Below are positions 11,142 through 20,419 of a DNA stretch of 38,941 bases, piece after piece (positions within the stretch are counted from its first letter, which is position 1; every line of letters starts with the position of its first letter). The stretch is from assembly GCF_004010195.1 (NCBI RefSeq), contig NW_025215103.1, positions 24,819 to 63,759 on the forward strand. Reading direction: 5' to 3'. The notes beneath the pieces were generated by a model. That model did no database searches. It was not told the DNA's origin and saw only the letters and a list, made by a program, of their open reading frames with translations. This DNA comes from Chiloscyllium plagiosum (Eukaryota). Position numbers and translations under genes: made by a program.

Positions 11142-11213
11142 GAGGTTGTGGCGCAACGTTAGCGCGTCTGACTTCAGATCAGAAGGTTGCGTGTTCGAAT
11201 CACGTCAGGCTCA
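11142..11213 (+). tRNA. tRNA-Trp-derived gene with TCA anticodon (candidate UGA/opal suppressor, or pseudogene)
   Basis: GAGGTTGTGGCGCAACGTTAGCGCGTCTGACT-TCA-GATCAGAAGGTTGCGTGTTCGAATCACGTCAGGCTCA (72 nt). The D, anticodon and T stems match vertebrate tRNA-Trp. Anticodon at 11174-11176; perfect B box; G4:G69 mismatch and G19->T. Confidence 0.88.
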
Positions 11214-11437
11214 CTGGCGTCAACTTCTTACATTTCAAATCAATAAAGGAGTCCGTTTACTCCGTATATCTGTTGGGCCAAATCTTCTTTGCAGAAATTT
11301 TCGATCACACGTGAGGCTTTGCTGTCAATTTGATTATTGAACACTGGGTCAGGGAGGTGGTGTGCCCATTGTCTGGGTAACTGCTCAGCTCCCCCCAGTT
11401 CATCACGGGATTTAAACACAGCCGCCTCCCTCTGGGC

Positions 11438-11478
11438 AGCCGCTTCGTTCAGTTGGTGACAGCGCGGTGTGAATAACG
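11438..11478 (+). pseudogene. 5' half of a tRNA-Ile(AAT) pseudogene
   Basis: AGCCGCTTCGTTCAGTTGGTGACAGCGCGGTGTGAATAACG aligns ungapped (about 32/41) with GGCCGGTTAGCTCAGTTGGTTAGAGCGTGGTGCTAATAACG. The 3' half is absent. Confidence 0.6.
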
Positions 11479-12055
11479 TAATACCGATATTTGTACAACA
11501 TAATCCAGAGACTCCCAGCTTTATGTTTCAATCTATCAGGAGAGTGATAGCGAGTTCAGATAGAAATGTTTCCCACCAACAGCAAATCCTTTCCTCTCAC
11601 TGGACACAGTTAAAATTATCTTTATTCAACAGGAGGAGCGGAAACTCGAGTCTGACGCCTCTCCACATTAACGGTGAGCCTGAATTTTATAAACGGTGGC
11701 AGTAAAATCTAGTGGCGGACACTGATTTGGTTCAATCGATTTTTTTTTGCCAAGCATAATTCACTGGGAGGATGCTGCCGTGTGAAACAGCGTGGGGAAT
11801 TACTACAGGGCCTCCTGCACATGGAACACACCGCAACTGATGTGTTTCACCTTCACCAGTTTATTCCTATCTCGGAGAAGAGAGGTTTGATGATTCGGAT
11901 CATAGCAGCCAGACAGAGGACAGGAGAAGAGCACTCAGACCTTCACAAGCTTTTCACCACAGCTGGGTCATCGTGGCCCGTGTATCAGTTTGGGATAGTA
12001 ATCTGCATCTACTGACTGGAAGCACAGCAAATTGGAGAGCTGGTGGGAATATCAC

Positions 12056-12124
12056 ACAGGAGAAAACGGCTTCGACCTATCAACTGGATAGGTCCCAATG
12101 CGCAACTCCGTTCACCTCAACTGT
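12056..12124 (-). pseudogene. Highly eroded initiator tRNA-Met remnant
   Basis: acaggagaaaacggcttcgacctatc resembles acaggcagacgacggtttcgatccatc of the iMet pseudogene at 23268, and lies at the equivalent position of the duplicated unit. Confidence 0.35.
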
Positions 12125-12284
12125 ATAACTGTAAACAAATTACTCAGTGATTCAAAGGAATACTGGGTTTTGAATCTGCATTGTGTCATGTACCTTCGAG
12201 AATGATGTCAAAACACCTTCATTGCTGTGATGGAGTACACAGTTGGGCAGAAAATATCCGTTGTCAAATTTCCTACGTTCTGTT

Positions 12285-12592
12285 GGGCGGCACGGTGGTA
12301 CAGTGGTTAGCACTGCTGCCTCACAGCGCCAGAGACCCGGGTTCAATTCCCGCCTCAGGCGACTGACTGTGTGGAGTTTGCACATTCTCCCCGTGTCTGC
12401 GTGGGTTTCCTCCGGGTGCTCCGGTTTCCTCCCACAATCCAAAGATGTGCAGGGCCAGGTGAATTGTCCATACTAAATTACCTGTAGTGTTAGGTAAGGG
12501 GTAAATGTAGGGATATGGGTGGGTTTCGCTTCGGCGGGGCGGTTTGGAATTGTTGGCCCGAAGGGCCTGTTTCCACACTGTAATCTAATCTA
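12285..12592 (+). mobile_element. HE1-type V-SINE, full length
   Basis: GGGCGGCACGGTGGTACAGTGGTTAGCACTGCTGCCTCACAGCGCC...V domain...TAATCTAATCTAAA tail. Confidence 0.92.
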
Positions 12593-13271
12593 AAAAAAAA
12601 ACTCCGATTTCACTCAGAATCACGAAATGTGTGACAGCGCAGACTGAGGCTACGCAGCCCACCTTAGCTCTGCTGGCTCAACACAATATGTAAATAAGTG
12701 CCTTCTCCCTGTAAATCGTCACATTGAACATGCCCACCGAATTCCCTTTTGTGTCCATTGAATCTGCCTCTTTGTCACAGTCAGACAGCGACTTACTGAC
12801 CCCACTCCCTGTGCGAAAACGGTCTTCCTAATGTCACTTTTACTTATTTTGCTGATGACTTTAAATCTCTGCCAAATCGTTCTCGATCCTTTCAGGCCTG
12901 GGAGCATTTTCACTGTATTATTTCCTCTGTCTGTGTTGAGCCAGGTGGGCTGCGTAGCCTCAGTCTGCGCTGTCACACATTTCGTGACTCTGTCTAAAAC
13001 CCTCATGACGTGGAAAACTTCAATCAGACCAGCTTTCAGCCCTCTGTTCTCCAACGAGAGCTACCCCAAACTTTCCAATCTCCCTTCATTGCTGACATTC
13101 CTCAGGACGGTACCTGTTCAGCGCTGTCTGCAATCACTTCCCTTCCCCCCTTCCTGAAGTGTCACCGCAGCTCTGCGCCGTCCCTAATTCAGGCAGTCCG
13201 ATCTTATTTAACGAAGCGGCTTTTTGAGAAATTTCATCAGGTATTTTTGCTCAGGTCAATTTAAGGAATGA

Positions 13272-13362
13272 TGATTCGCCTGGGATTGGAACCCGGGAAT
13301 TCTAACACGGCTGCATATGCTCGAAGACCCAAAGCTAGAATCAAATCCCAGACTAACGAGCC
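13272..13362 (-). tRNA. Intron-containing tRNA-Pro(TGG), degenerate; 20-nt intron at 13308-13327
   Basis: GGCTCGTTAGTCTGGGATTTGATTCTAGCTT-TGG-G [TCTTCGAGCATATGCAGCCG] TGTTAGAATTCCCGGGTTCCAATCCCAGGCGAATCA. The D arm and acceptor stem are eroded. Confidence 0.8.
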
Positions 13363-14117
13363 ACCAGCCATGAGTGCAGCCACCTCCGGAAGCAGCTGAG
13401 ACATGCTCAGTACGAAATACATTGTGCATTGCTCCCAGAATTGCAAGAAGAGAAGAGTTTCAAGAACATCTGCTTCTCAATCTGTCTCGCTGCTCCCAGG
13501 ACGCTGCTGTTTGTCCCGTCCCCAGGGACCAGACTCTCTCCACTGGTGGATAATTGAACCATTTCGTTTCTACTTGCAAGCTGTGCTGGTGGAAGGCAGA
13601 GCCCATTCACTCTTCTGCTCTCTCACACTATTAGGTGAGGCAGGAGAAGTCAGTTACAGTCATGCGTAGGAAATGGGCAACTTTGAACTTGTTCCAAAGG
13701 TCCTGTTAACGGAGAGATAGAAAGATGCTGTGCTGCCGGGACAGAGAGAAATGGACACAAGAGACTCTTCCCTCAGGTAAATTGATATCAGTACATTTTT
13801 GTGCAGCCTGCTTGGTGTTCAGAATTTGTCTAAACACAACAATCCTGAGTCAGTTGAAACTTTCTCAGTGTGAAATACATTCCACATTGCTCCAAGAATT
13901 GCAAGCAGCAAATTGTTTCCAGAACATCTGCTTGTCATGCTGTCCCTGGGGCGCTGATGTTTGTCTCATCCCCAGGAACTGGTCTATCTCCACTGGCGGA
14001 TAATTAAACCAATTTGTTTCTACTTGTACTCTTTTCTGGAGGGAAGGAAGAGTCGATTCGCTCTGCTGCTCTTTAACTCCCAATCCCTTGGGGTGAGAGG
14101 TATCACTTACACTTTGT

Positions 14118-14425
14118 GGGTGGCACGGTGGCACAGTGGTTAGCACTGCTGCCTCACAGCGCTAGAGACCCGGGTTAAATTCCCGCCTCAGGCTACTGAC
14201 TGTGTGGAGTTTGCAGGTTCTCCCCGTGTCTGCGTGGGTTTCCTCCGGGTGCTCCGGTTTCCTCCCACAGTCCAAAGATGTGCAGGTCAGGTGAATTGGC
14301 CATGCTAAATTCCCCGTATTGTTAGGTAAGGGGTAAATGTAGGGGTATGGGCGAGTTGCGCTTCGGCGGGTCCTTGTGGACTTGTTGGGCCGAAGGGCCT
14401 GTTTCCACACTGTAAGTAATCTAAT
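14118..14425 (+). mobile_element. HE1-type V-SINE, full length
   Basis: GGGTGGCACGGTGGCACAGTGGTTAGCACTGC...TAAGTAATCTAAT; near-identical to the reverse complement of 2254-2566. Confidence 0.92.
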
Positions 14426-15300
14426 GCGTGGGAAGTGAGTAACTTTGATTGTGAATTTCCTCCAAACGTCTGTTATCGGAGAGATAGAAAGATGCTGTGC
14501 TGGCGGGGCAGAGAGAAGTGGACACCGAGGACTCTTCCCTCAGGTAGATTCATATGAGTACATTGTTGTGCAGCCTGCTTGGTGTTAAGAATTCGTCTTC
14601 ACGCAGCAATCTTACAGAAAATCTCTCGCAAAGTGGGCATTGCTTTCATCGCTGCGACCGTGCAGGAGTTAACATCCGAGCCCAAGTGCCTCAGATGAAC
14701 AGAATCCGAGTGAAACCGTCACTCACTGAGAGTCATCCCCACGGCACAGAGCTGCGGGACTGCAGGCAGTCCAACACGGAAGGGGCGGTTAAATGAACCA
14801 TTGTCGCTCCCTCAGCCTCTCTGTCCCATAAACAGGCAGCGGGACGGCATATACGCGTACCATCGTTCTGCCGCCGACAGAGGCGGTCCAGCCCATCGTG
14901 TCCACGGCGATTCGCTGCCACGTGTCTCTCTCTGAGGTGATTCACAATCAGTGATATCTGTCCGAATACTAAGGGGCTGTGTCTGAGTGGTGATACAGTT
15001 TCTGACATGCTGATCGTCTTGTCATTCACGTCTGAACCGGCGTGGCGAACTGCGGCAGGCAAGGCACGAGATCACAAGGTATGCGTCTCAGCTCACTGGC
15101 ATCTCAGAGAAGTGGGTCTGCGATTCAGTTCGTCGGAAGCCGACGAAGAACAAGAGAAGACCACTCAAACTTCGAAAACCAAGTTACTTGAACGGTGTGA
15201 GTTTCGGTATGATCCGGGGCATTCAGACAGTCATTTGAAAGGCAAGATGCTGAGCAGAGTGCCATTACAAAGGAAAGTTGCTCATGGAGACACTGAGCAA

Positions 15301-15372
15301 TAGCAGAGGATGGTTTCGATCCATCGACCTCGGGGTTACGGGACCAGCAGGCTCCCGCTGCGCCACGTTGCC
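15301..15372 (-). pseudogene. Initiator tRNA-Met pseudogene (anticodon mutated CAT->CGT)
   Basis: GGCAACGTGGCGCAGCGGGAGCCTGCTGGTCC-CGT-AACCCCGAGGTCGATGGATCGAAACCATCCTCTGCTA. The diagnostic iMet T loop GATCGAAAC and the 3' half are intact; the anticodon and acceptor stems are mismatched. Confidence 0.85.
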
Positions 15373-15414
15373 CCGCCGCACAGCTCCCGCTGCGCCACGC
15401 TGCCCCGCCGCACA
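15351..15414. repeat. 32-bp tandem duplication overlapping the 5' end of the iMet pseudogene
   Basis: gctcccgctgcgccacg(t/c)tgccccgccgcaca x2 (15351-15382 and 15383-15414). Confidence 0.95.
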
Positions 15415-16188
15415 GCGCCCTCTGCTTCAGGTCCCTTCAGCCTTTCGTCTGGCGCGTGGCAGGCACGTTCGAGACTGATGTCAAAGATCTCCACTGCTGT
15501 CGTCTAATATGGTGTTGCGCCGACGTATGGAGGCTGTGTAAATACAAACTTTTTCTAACTTCCCACATTCTGTTGGTCGAACTGTGATTTCACTCTGAAT
15601 AGACGCCATGCGGCCCACCTTCGCTCTGCTGGGTCGACACAGTAAGTGAACGTGGGTCTCTGTTCGTATCATTCTCTTGCCTTCTCCATGTAATTCTGCA
15701 CATTGTTACTTTAAACATGACCACCGAATTCCCGTTTGCGTCTAATGAATCTGCCTCTGTGTCAGTGTCAGTTAGGGATTTACTGACCCCAACCACTCCC
15801 TGTACGAAAGCGTTCTTCCTGATGTCACTTTTGGTTATTTTCCTCATGACTTTAAAAGTCTGCCGAATCGTTGCCGATCCTTTCAGGCGTGGGAGCATTT
15901 TGACGACATTACTTTCTCTGTCTAGACTTCGCATGACTTGGAAAGCTTCAATCGGGCCAGATTTCAAACTTCTGTTCTCCGAAGAGAGCTGTCCCAAATT
16001 TCCAATCCACCCTCATCGCTGACAGCCCTCAAACACCGCACCACTATCGTCAACCTTTTCAACGGTATCGCCAATCATTTCACTTCGCTGCTTTCTGTCC
16101 CATTGGTACGCCAGGGAGCCCAACCTCGTAAAACGAAAGTGCTTTTTGAGAAAATTAAGCAGGCACGTTTGCATAAGTCACGAAACGT

Positions 16189-16278
16189 GGGTTTGTCCGG
16201 GATTTGAACCTGGGATCTCTCCCACGTCTGCATCGATGAAGACCCAAAGCGAGAATCACACCCCTAGACCAACGAGCC
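16189..16278 (-). tRNA. Intron-containing tRNA-Pro(TGG), best-preserved full-length copy; 18-nt intron at 16225-16242
   Basis: GGCTCGTTGGTCTAGGGGTGTGATTCTCGCTT-TGG-G [TCTTCATCGATGCAGACG] TGGGAGAGATCCCAGGTTCAAATCCCGGACAAACCC. The 5' exon differs from canonical at 1 position and the A and B boxes are intact. Stem mismatches in the 3' exon make function doubtful. Confidence 0.9.
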
Positions 16279-16369
16279 ACCCAGCGGGTGCCCCTGCGAC
16301 CCCACGACCCCACGACCCCACTCTACCTCTTGAACCAGCTGAGTCTTGCTCAGAGTGAAGTGTAGTTGA

Positions 16370-16785
16370 CATTTAACAGGCTGGGGCTGTTTTCTCTGGA
16401 ACGTCGGAGGGTGACTTTATGCAAAATTATGAGGGGCATGGATAGGATAAATAGGCAAAGTCTTTTCCCTGGGGTCGGGGTGTCAAGAACTAGGGGGGCA
16501 TAGATTTAGGGTGAGAGGAGAAAGATATAAAAGAGACCTAAGGGGCAACTTTTTCACGCAGAGGGTGGTGCGTGTATGGAATGAGCTGCCAGAGAAAATG
16601 GCGGAGGCTGGTAAAATTGCAACATTTAAGAGGCGCTTGGATGGATATATGAATAGGAAGGGTTTGGAGGTATATGGGCCGGGTGCTGGCAGGTGGGACA
16701 CGATTAGGGGGGAATATCTGATCGGCATGGACGGGTTGGATCGAAGGGTCTGTTTCCATGCTGTATATCTCTACGACTCTATGAA
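16370..16785 (+). mobile_element. CR1/HER1-type LINE 3' end
   Basis: ORF 16511-16864: RGERYKRDLRGNFFTQRVVRVWNELPE...FKRRLDGYMNRKG; tail ctctacgactctatga. Confidence 0.9.
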
Positions 16786-17117
16786 CAGCTGCTTATCATT
16801 CTGTCTCTCTGCTGCCGTTTGCCCGTCCCCAGGAACCGGACCCTCTCTACTGGCAGAAAATTAAACCGTTTTCTTTCTAAACTTTTCTCTGACACCGGAG
16901 TGACCAGTGACAGGTATTGCCCTCCTCAACATAGGGTACAGAGAACAGGAGAAGACCCCGCAGACCTCTATGAGTGTGTCATCTCAACTGTGCATACTGG
17001 GCCTGTGCATCAATGTGAAATATTTACGTCGAAGTTTTTTGGGAAGCAGATGAGAAGGCGAGGTGCACAACAGTGCGCCGTTACGCGGGAAAGCTGCTAA
17101 AGATCACATTGAGTGAA

Positions 17118-17160
17118 TAGGAGAGATGGTTTCCCTTCTGGGTTATGCTCCCATCACGCA
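17118..17160 (-). pseudogene. Initiator tRNA-Met remnant
   Basis: taggagagatggtttc...ctgggttatgctcccatcacgc resembles the iMet reverse complement with an internal deletion. The flank matches the flank of the 15301 copy. Confidence 0.5.
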
Positions 17161-17249
17161 CCGGCAGACATATCGCCGACAAGCAAATATGAACTCTGTC
17201 TAAATTACCACATTCTGTTTTTATGAACCGTGATTTCACTCAGAAGCAC

Positions 17250-17780
17250 AATTTACCTGCTCCCTCCTGAATATCCTTCCAGGTTCGAACATACCTTCCA
17301 GGTGCACTTTACCTGCACATTTGCCGCAACCTCGTCTACTGCATTCGCTGCTCAGTGTCGTTTCCCCAACGGAGCATGAAGTATAAACTGGATGACTGCT
17401 TCGCAGAACATCTTGGTTCTGCCCGCAAATAAAGGCCCTGAGCTTCTGCTTTCCTGCCACTTTAACACGCCACCCTGTTCCCTGGCCAACATCTCTGACT
17501 CAGGCTTGCAGCAGTGTTCCAGCAAAGCTCAGCTCCAGATGGAAGAACAACGCCTCATATTCCACTTCCAAAGCCTACAGCCGTCCGGTCTTCAAGATCG
17601 AGTTCCATGACTTTATGGCCTGAAATCCCCCATGTCGTTGACCCCTACCACATACATAGGAGCCCTTGTTATCACATAGTCTGCTACGACACACTACTTA
17701 TTGTTAGCCACTAACGGTCTCCATTAACAGTTATTCACCCTCCAACACGGATCGTTATTCACTCCTTTGTTCCTCCTATT
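17250..17780 (+). mobile_element. Penelope-like GIY-YIG region fragment
   Basis: Homologous to 10270-10800 (tttacctgctccctcc...gtctactgcattcgctgctca...ccctgttccctggccaacatctctg). Confidence 0.8.
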
Positions 17781-17983
17781 GTTTTCTCTCTGAGCTGGCG
17801 GGAAAGTGAGCAATGTACACTGGAGACTCTGAGCCAGCTGAAACTTGCTCAGTGTGAAATACATTCCACTTTGCTCCAAGAATTGCAAGCAACAAAGAGT
17901 TTCCAGAACATCTGCTTGTCATTCTGTCCCCGGGATGCGGTTTCTGACATGCGGACTGTCTTGTCATTCACGTCCGAAACGGC

Positions 17984-18007
17984 GATTTGAACCCAGGATC
18001 TCTCTCA
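17984..18007 (-). pseudogene. Fragment of a tRNA-Pro 3' exon
   Basis: Reverse complement TGAGAGAGATCCTGGGTTCAAATC resembles the 3' exon start of the intron-containing Pro copies. It abuts a Penelope insertion. Confidence 0.5.
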
Positions 18008-18335
18008 GATGACAAGCAATAAGAGTTTGACTGGGACAACACTACTATTATAGGACAAGCCAAAACAGAGAACAGCCATGGAATTCGTAGAGGCATGGGA
18101 CTCATCCACAGATTCTATCAACAAGCACATCGACCTGGACCCAATATACCGGCCACTGCAGCGGACAGCTGGAACTGACAACCGGAAGCGGCAGGTACAA
18201 ACCACTATAAATGCCGGAGGAAACATCACAGAAGCGCTTCACAGGAGGCTCCCAAGCACTGAGGATGTCACCTAGACAGGGGACTAAACGTCTGCAACAC
18301 AAATTCCCAGCTCGGCGAACAGAATCACAACAAAG
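18005..18335 (+). mobile_element. Penelope-like element 3' end / pseudo-LTR
   Basis: FDWDNTTIIGQAKQRTAMEFVEAWDSSTDSINKHIDLDPIY, the C-terminus of a Penelope GIY-YIG domain, followed by a CTGAGGATG...AAACGT terminal motif. Confidence 0.85.
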
Positions 18336-18399
18336 GTTTTGCTTGCAGGAACTGAGTGACATAAACAGGATGCTCTCAAATTTCGACAGGAATTACACT

Positions 18400-19260
18400 T
18401 CCGTTCAAGATTTGCGGAAAGCTCTGTAGCTCGGCTGCCGATTGTCAGAGCTCACCGAGCTGGGAAGTTGATTTGCAGGCGTTACATCCTCTGTCTAGTT
18501 GACATCTTCAGTGCGTTGGAGCCACCTGTGAAGCGCTGCTGTACTGTGTCTTCTGGAATGTATTTGGTTCTGTTTCTGCTGCTTTTGTTTGACCGTTCTG
18601 GTTGGCGTATGTCAATGTGTTTATTGGTGGAGTCCGTGGATGAGTGCCGTGTTTGTTGAATTTCTCTGGCTGACGTCTGTTTAGATGTACTATGACCGTT
18701 GTGCTGTCCCAGTCGATTTTATCGTCCTTGTCATCTGTGTTTGTGTGGGTACCAGAGATAGTGTTTAATGGGTAGATGTTGTTCATGGTTACAGATTGCT
18801 AGTTGTCTGCCTGTTTGTCCTGTACTGTCGACTTTTCGTGCAGCCTTTGCATGGAAGCTTGTAAACTATATTTGTTTTCCACATGATGTCCTTGGGTCTT
18901 TTGTTCNNNNNNNNNNNNNNNNNNNNNNNNNNNNNNNNNNNNNNNNNNNNNNNNNNNNNNNNNNNNNNNNNNNNNNNNNNNNNNNNNNNNNNNNNNNNNT
19001 ATCCGTTCCTGGTGAAGCCTCTGTAGACGTGTTCTTCTTCCTTTCACAGGTCGGCAGTGCTGCAGTGTGTCGTCACCCTTTGGAACAGCGTCCTCATGCA
19101 GCTTCTCTTGTCTGTGTTTTGATGGTTGTAGTTCAGGGTCTGGTCTGGGGGTGTGGCTTTTCTGTACACTTTTGTAGCACATCCCCCGTTCTGTGTCCTT
19201 TCTCCCATAGACCGTTAGCTTCCAGTTTCCTGTCACTTCAACTTCCCACTGTGTTCCCAT
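18400..19260 (-). mobile_element. Penelope-like element, diverged copy on the opposite strand (interrupted by a gap)
   Basis: Reverse complement of the same terminus as 18005-18335; ORF 18508-18786 has DWDSTTVI; upstream YVGKT-like and RT C-terminal remnants. Confidence 0.75.
18907..18999. other. Assembly gap (N run)
   Basis: Run of N. Confidence 1.
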
Positions 19261-19665
19261 GACAACATTTCAGTCTCTGATTTGCTGCAGTGCTGCCACA
19301 AGGCACAGCGCAAGCTGGAAGAGCGGAACCTCATTTTCTCCTGAGAGACCGTGCTACCTTCAGGACCCAACGCCGAGTTCAATCATTTTAGAACCTGTCC
19401 ACCTTCTTCCACGGTCTTTACCCGCCCACTGATTCCATCAGTTCCGAAGACGGATCGTTGGGCTCAAAACATTATCTCTCCTTTTTCTCCACAGATGGAC
19501 TAGACCTGCTGGTTTTGTTAATTTGAAAATGAACAAAATGAGCAGGGAGACAGAATGAGAAGCACTGTTCTGGAAACTCTTTTGCTGCTTGCAATTCTGA
19601 GAACAATGGCGAATGTATTTCACACTGAGCAAGTCTCAGCTGGTTCAGGAGGTGCTGGAGCCAGT

Positions 19666-19734
19666 GGCTCGTTGGTCTAGGGGTATGATTCTCGCATTGG
19701 GTCTTCTAACGGGCAGACTTGCGAGAGATCCCGG
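19666..19734 (+). pseudogene. Intron-containing tRNA-Pro(TGG) pseudogene, 3'-truncated; 18-nt intron at 19702-19719
   Basis: GGCTCGTTGGTCTAGGGGTATGATTCTCGCAT-TGG-G [TCTTCTAACGGGCAGACT] TGCGAGAGATCCCGG. The T loop and 3' acceptor strand are deleted; the downstream flank resumes homology with the flank of the 16189 copy. Confidence 0.88.
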
Positions 19735-20362
19735 CTTTCTTGACTTGTGCAAAAATGCCCGATTAAACTTCTCAAAAGGCACCTTCGTTAAACGAGGCTG
19801 GGTTCCCTGGAGTACGAATGGGGCAGGTAGCGGGGAAGTGAAATGATTGGAGATAGCGTTGAACAGGTTGATGTGAGTGATCCCGTGTTTGAGGAAGGTC
19901 AGCGATGAAGGTAGTTTGAAACATTGGGACAGCTCTCCTCGGAGAACAGAAGTTTGAAATCCGGCGTGGCAAGTTTTCCAAGTCATGAGGGGACTAGAGA
20001 TTGGAAACAATGTCGTGAAAGTGTTCCCACGCCTGAAAGTATCGAGAACGATTCGGCAGCGTTTTAAATTCATGAGGAAAAGAAGTAAAAGTGACATTCG
20101 GAAGAACGTTTTCGTACAAGGAATGGTTAGGGTCAGTAAATCCCTGTCTGACAGTAATAAAGAGGCAGATTCAATGGACACAAAATTGAATTCGGTGGAC
20201 ATGTTCGACCAACAGAATGTTCATATTAACACAGCCTCCACACCTCTGCGCAGCAGTATATTACATAACAGCAGTGGAGATCTTTGATATGAGGCTGGAA
20301 CGTGCATGCCAGATGACTGTCGAAAAGCTGAAGGGTTCTGAGAAAACGCACGGCATACTAAA

Positions 20363-20419
20363 CACAGAGTGACGCAACGAAAGCGTGCGGGCCCCACAAC
20401 CCAGAGGCCCATAGCTCGA
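20363..20419 (+). pseudogene. Initiator tRNA-Met pseudogene, 3'-truncated (anticodon CAC)
   Basis: CACAGAGTGACGCAACGAAAGCGTGCGGGCCCCACAACCCAGAGGCCCATAGCTCGA aligns with iMet AGCAGAGTGGCGCAGCGGAAGCGTGCTGGGCCCATAACCCAGAGGTCGATGGATCGA. Confidence 0.7.

Noticed and set aside
11142..11213. tRNA-Sec (anticodon UCA)
   Set aside because: It is only 72 nt, with a 5-nt variable loop and a tRNA-Trp body. It lacks the long variable arm and extended acceptor/T fold of tRNA-Sec.
15301..15372. Functional tRNA-Thr(CGT) arising by anticodon shift from iMet
   Set aside because: The anticodon and acceptor stems carry several mismatches, so this is best read as a decayed iMet.
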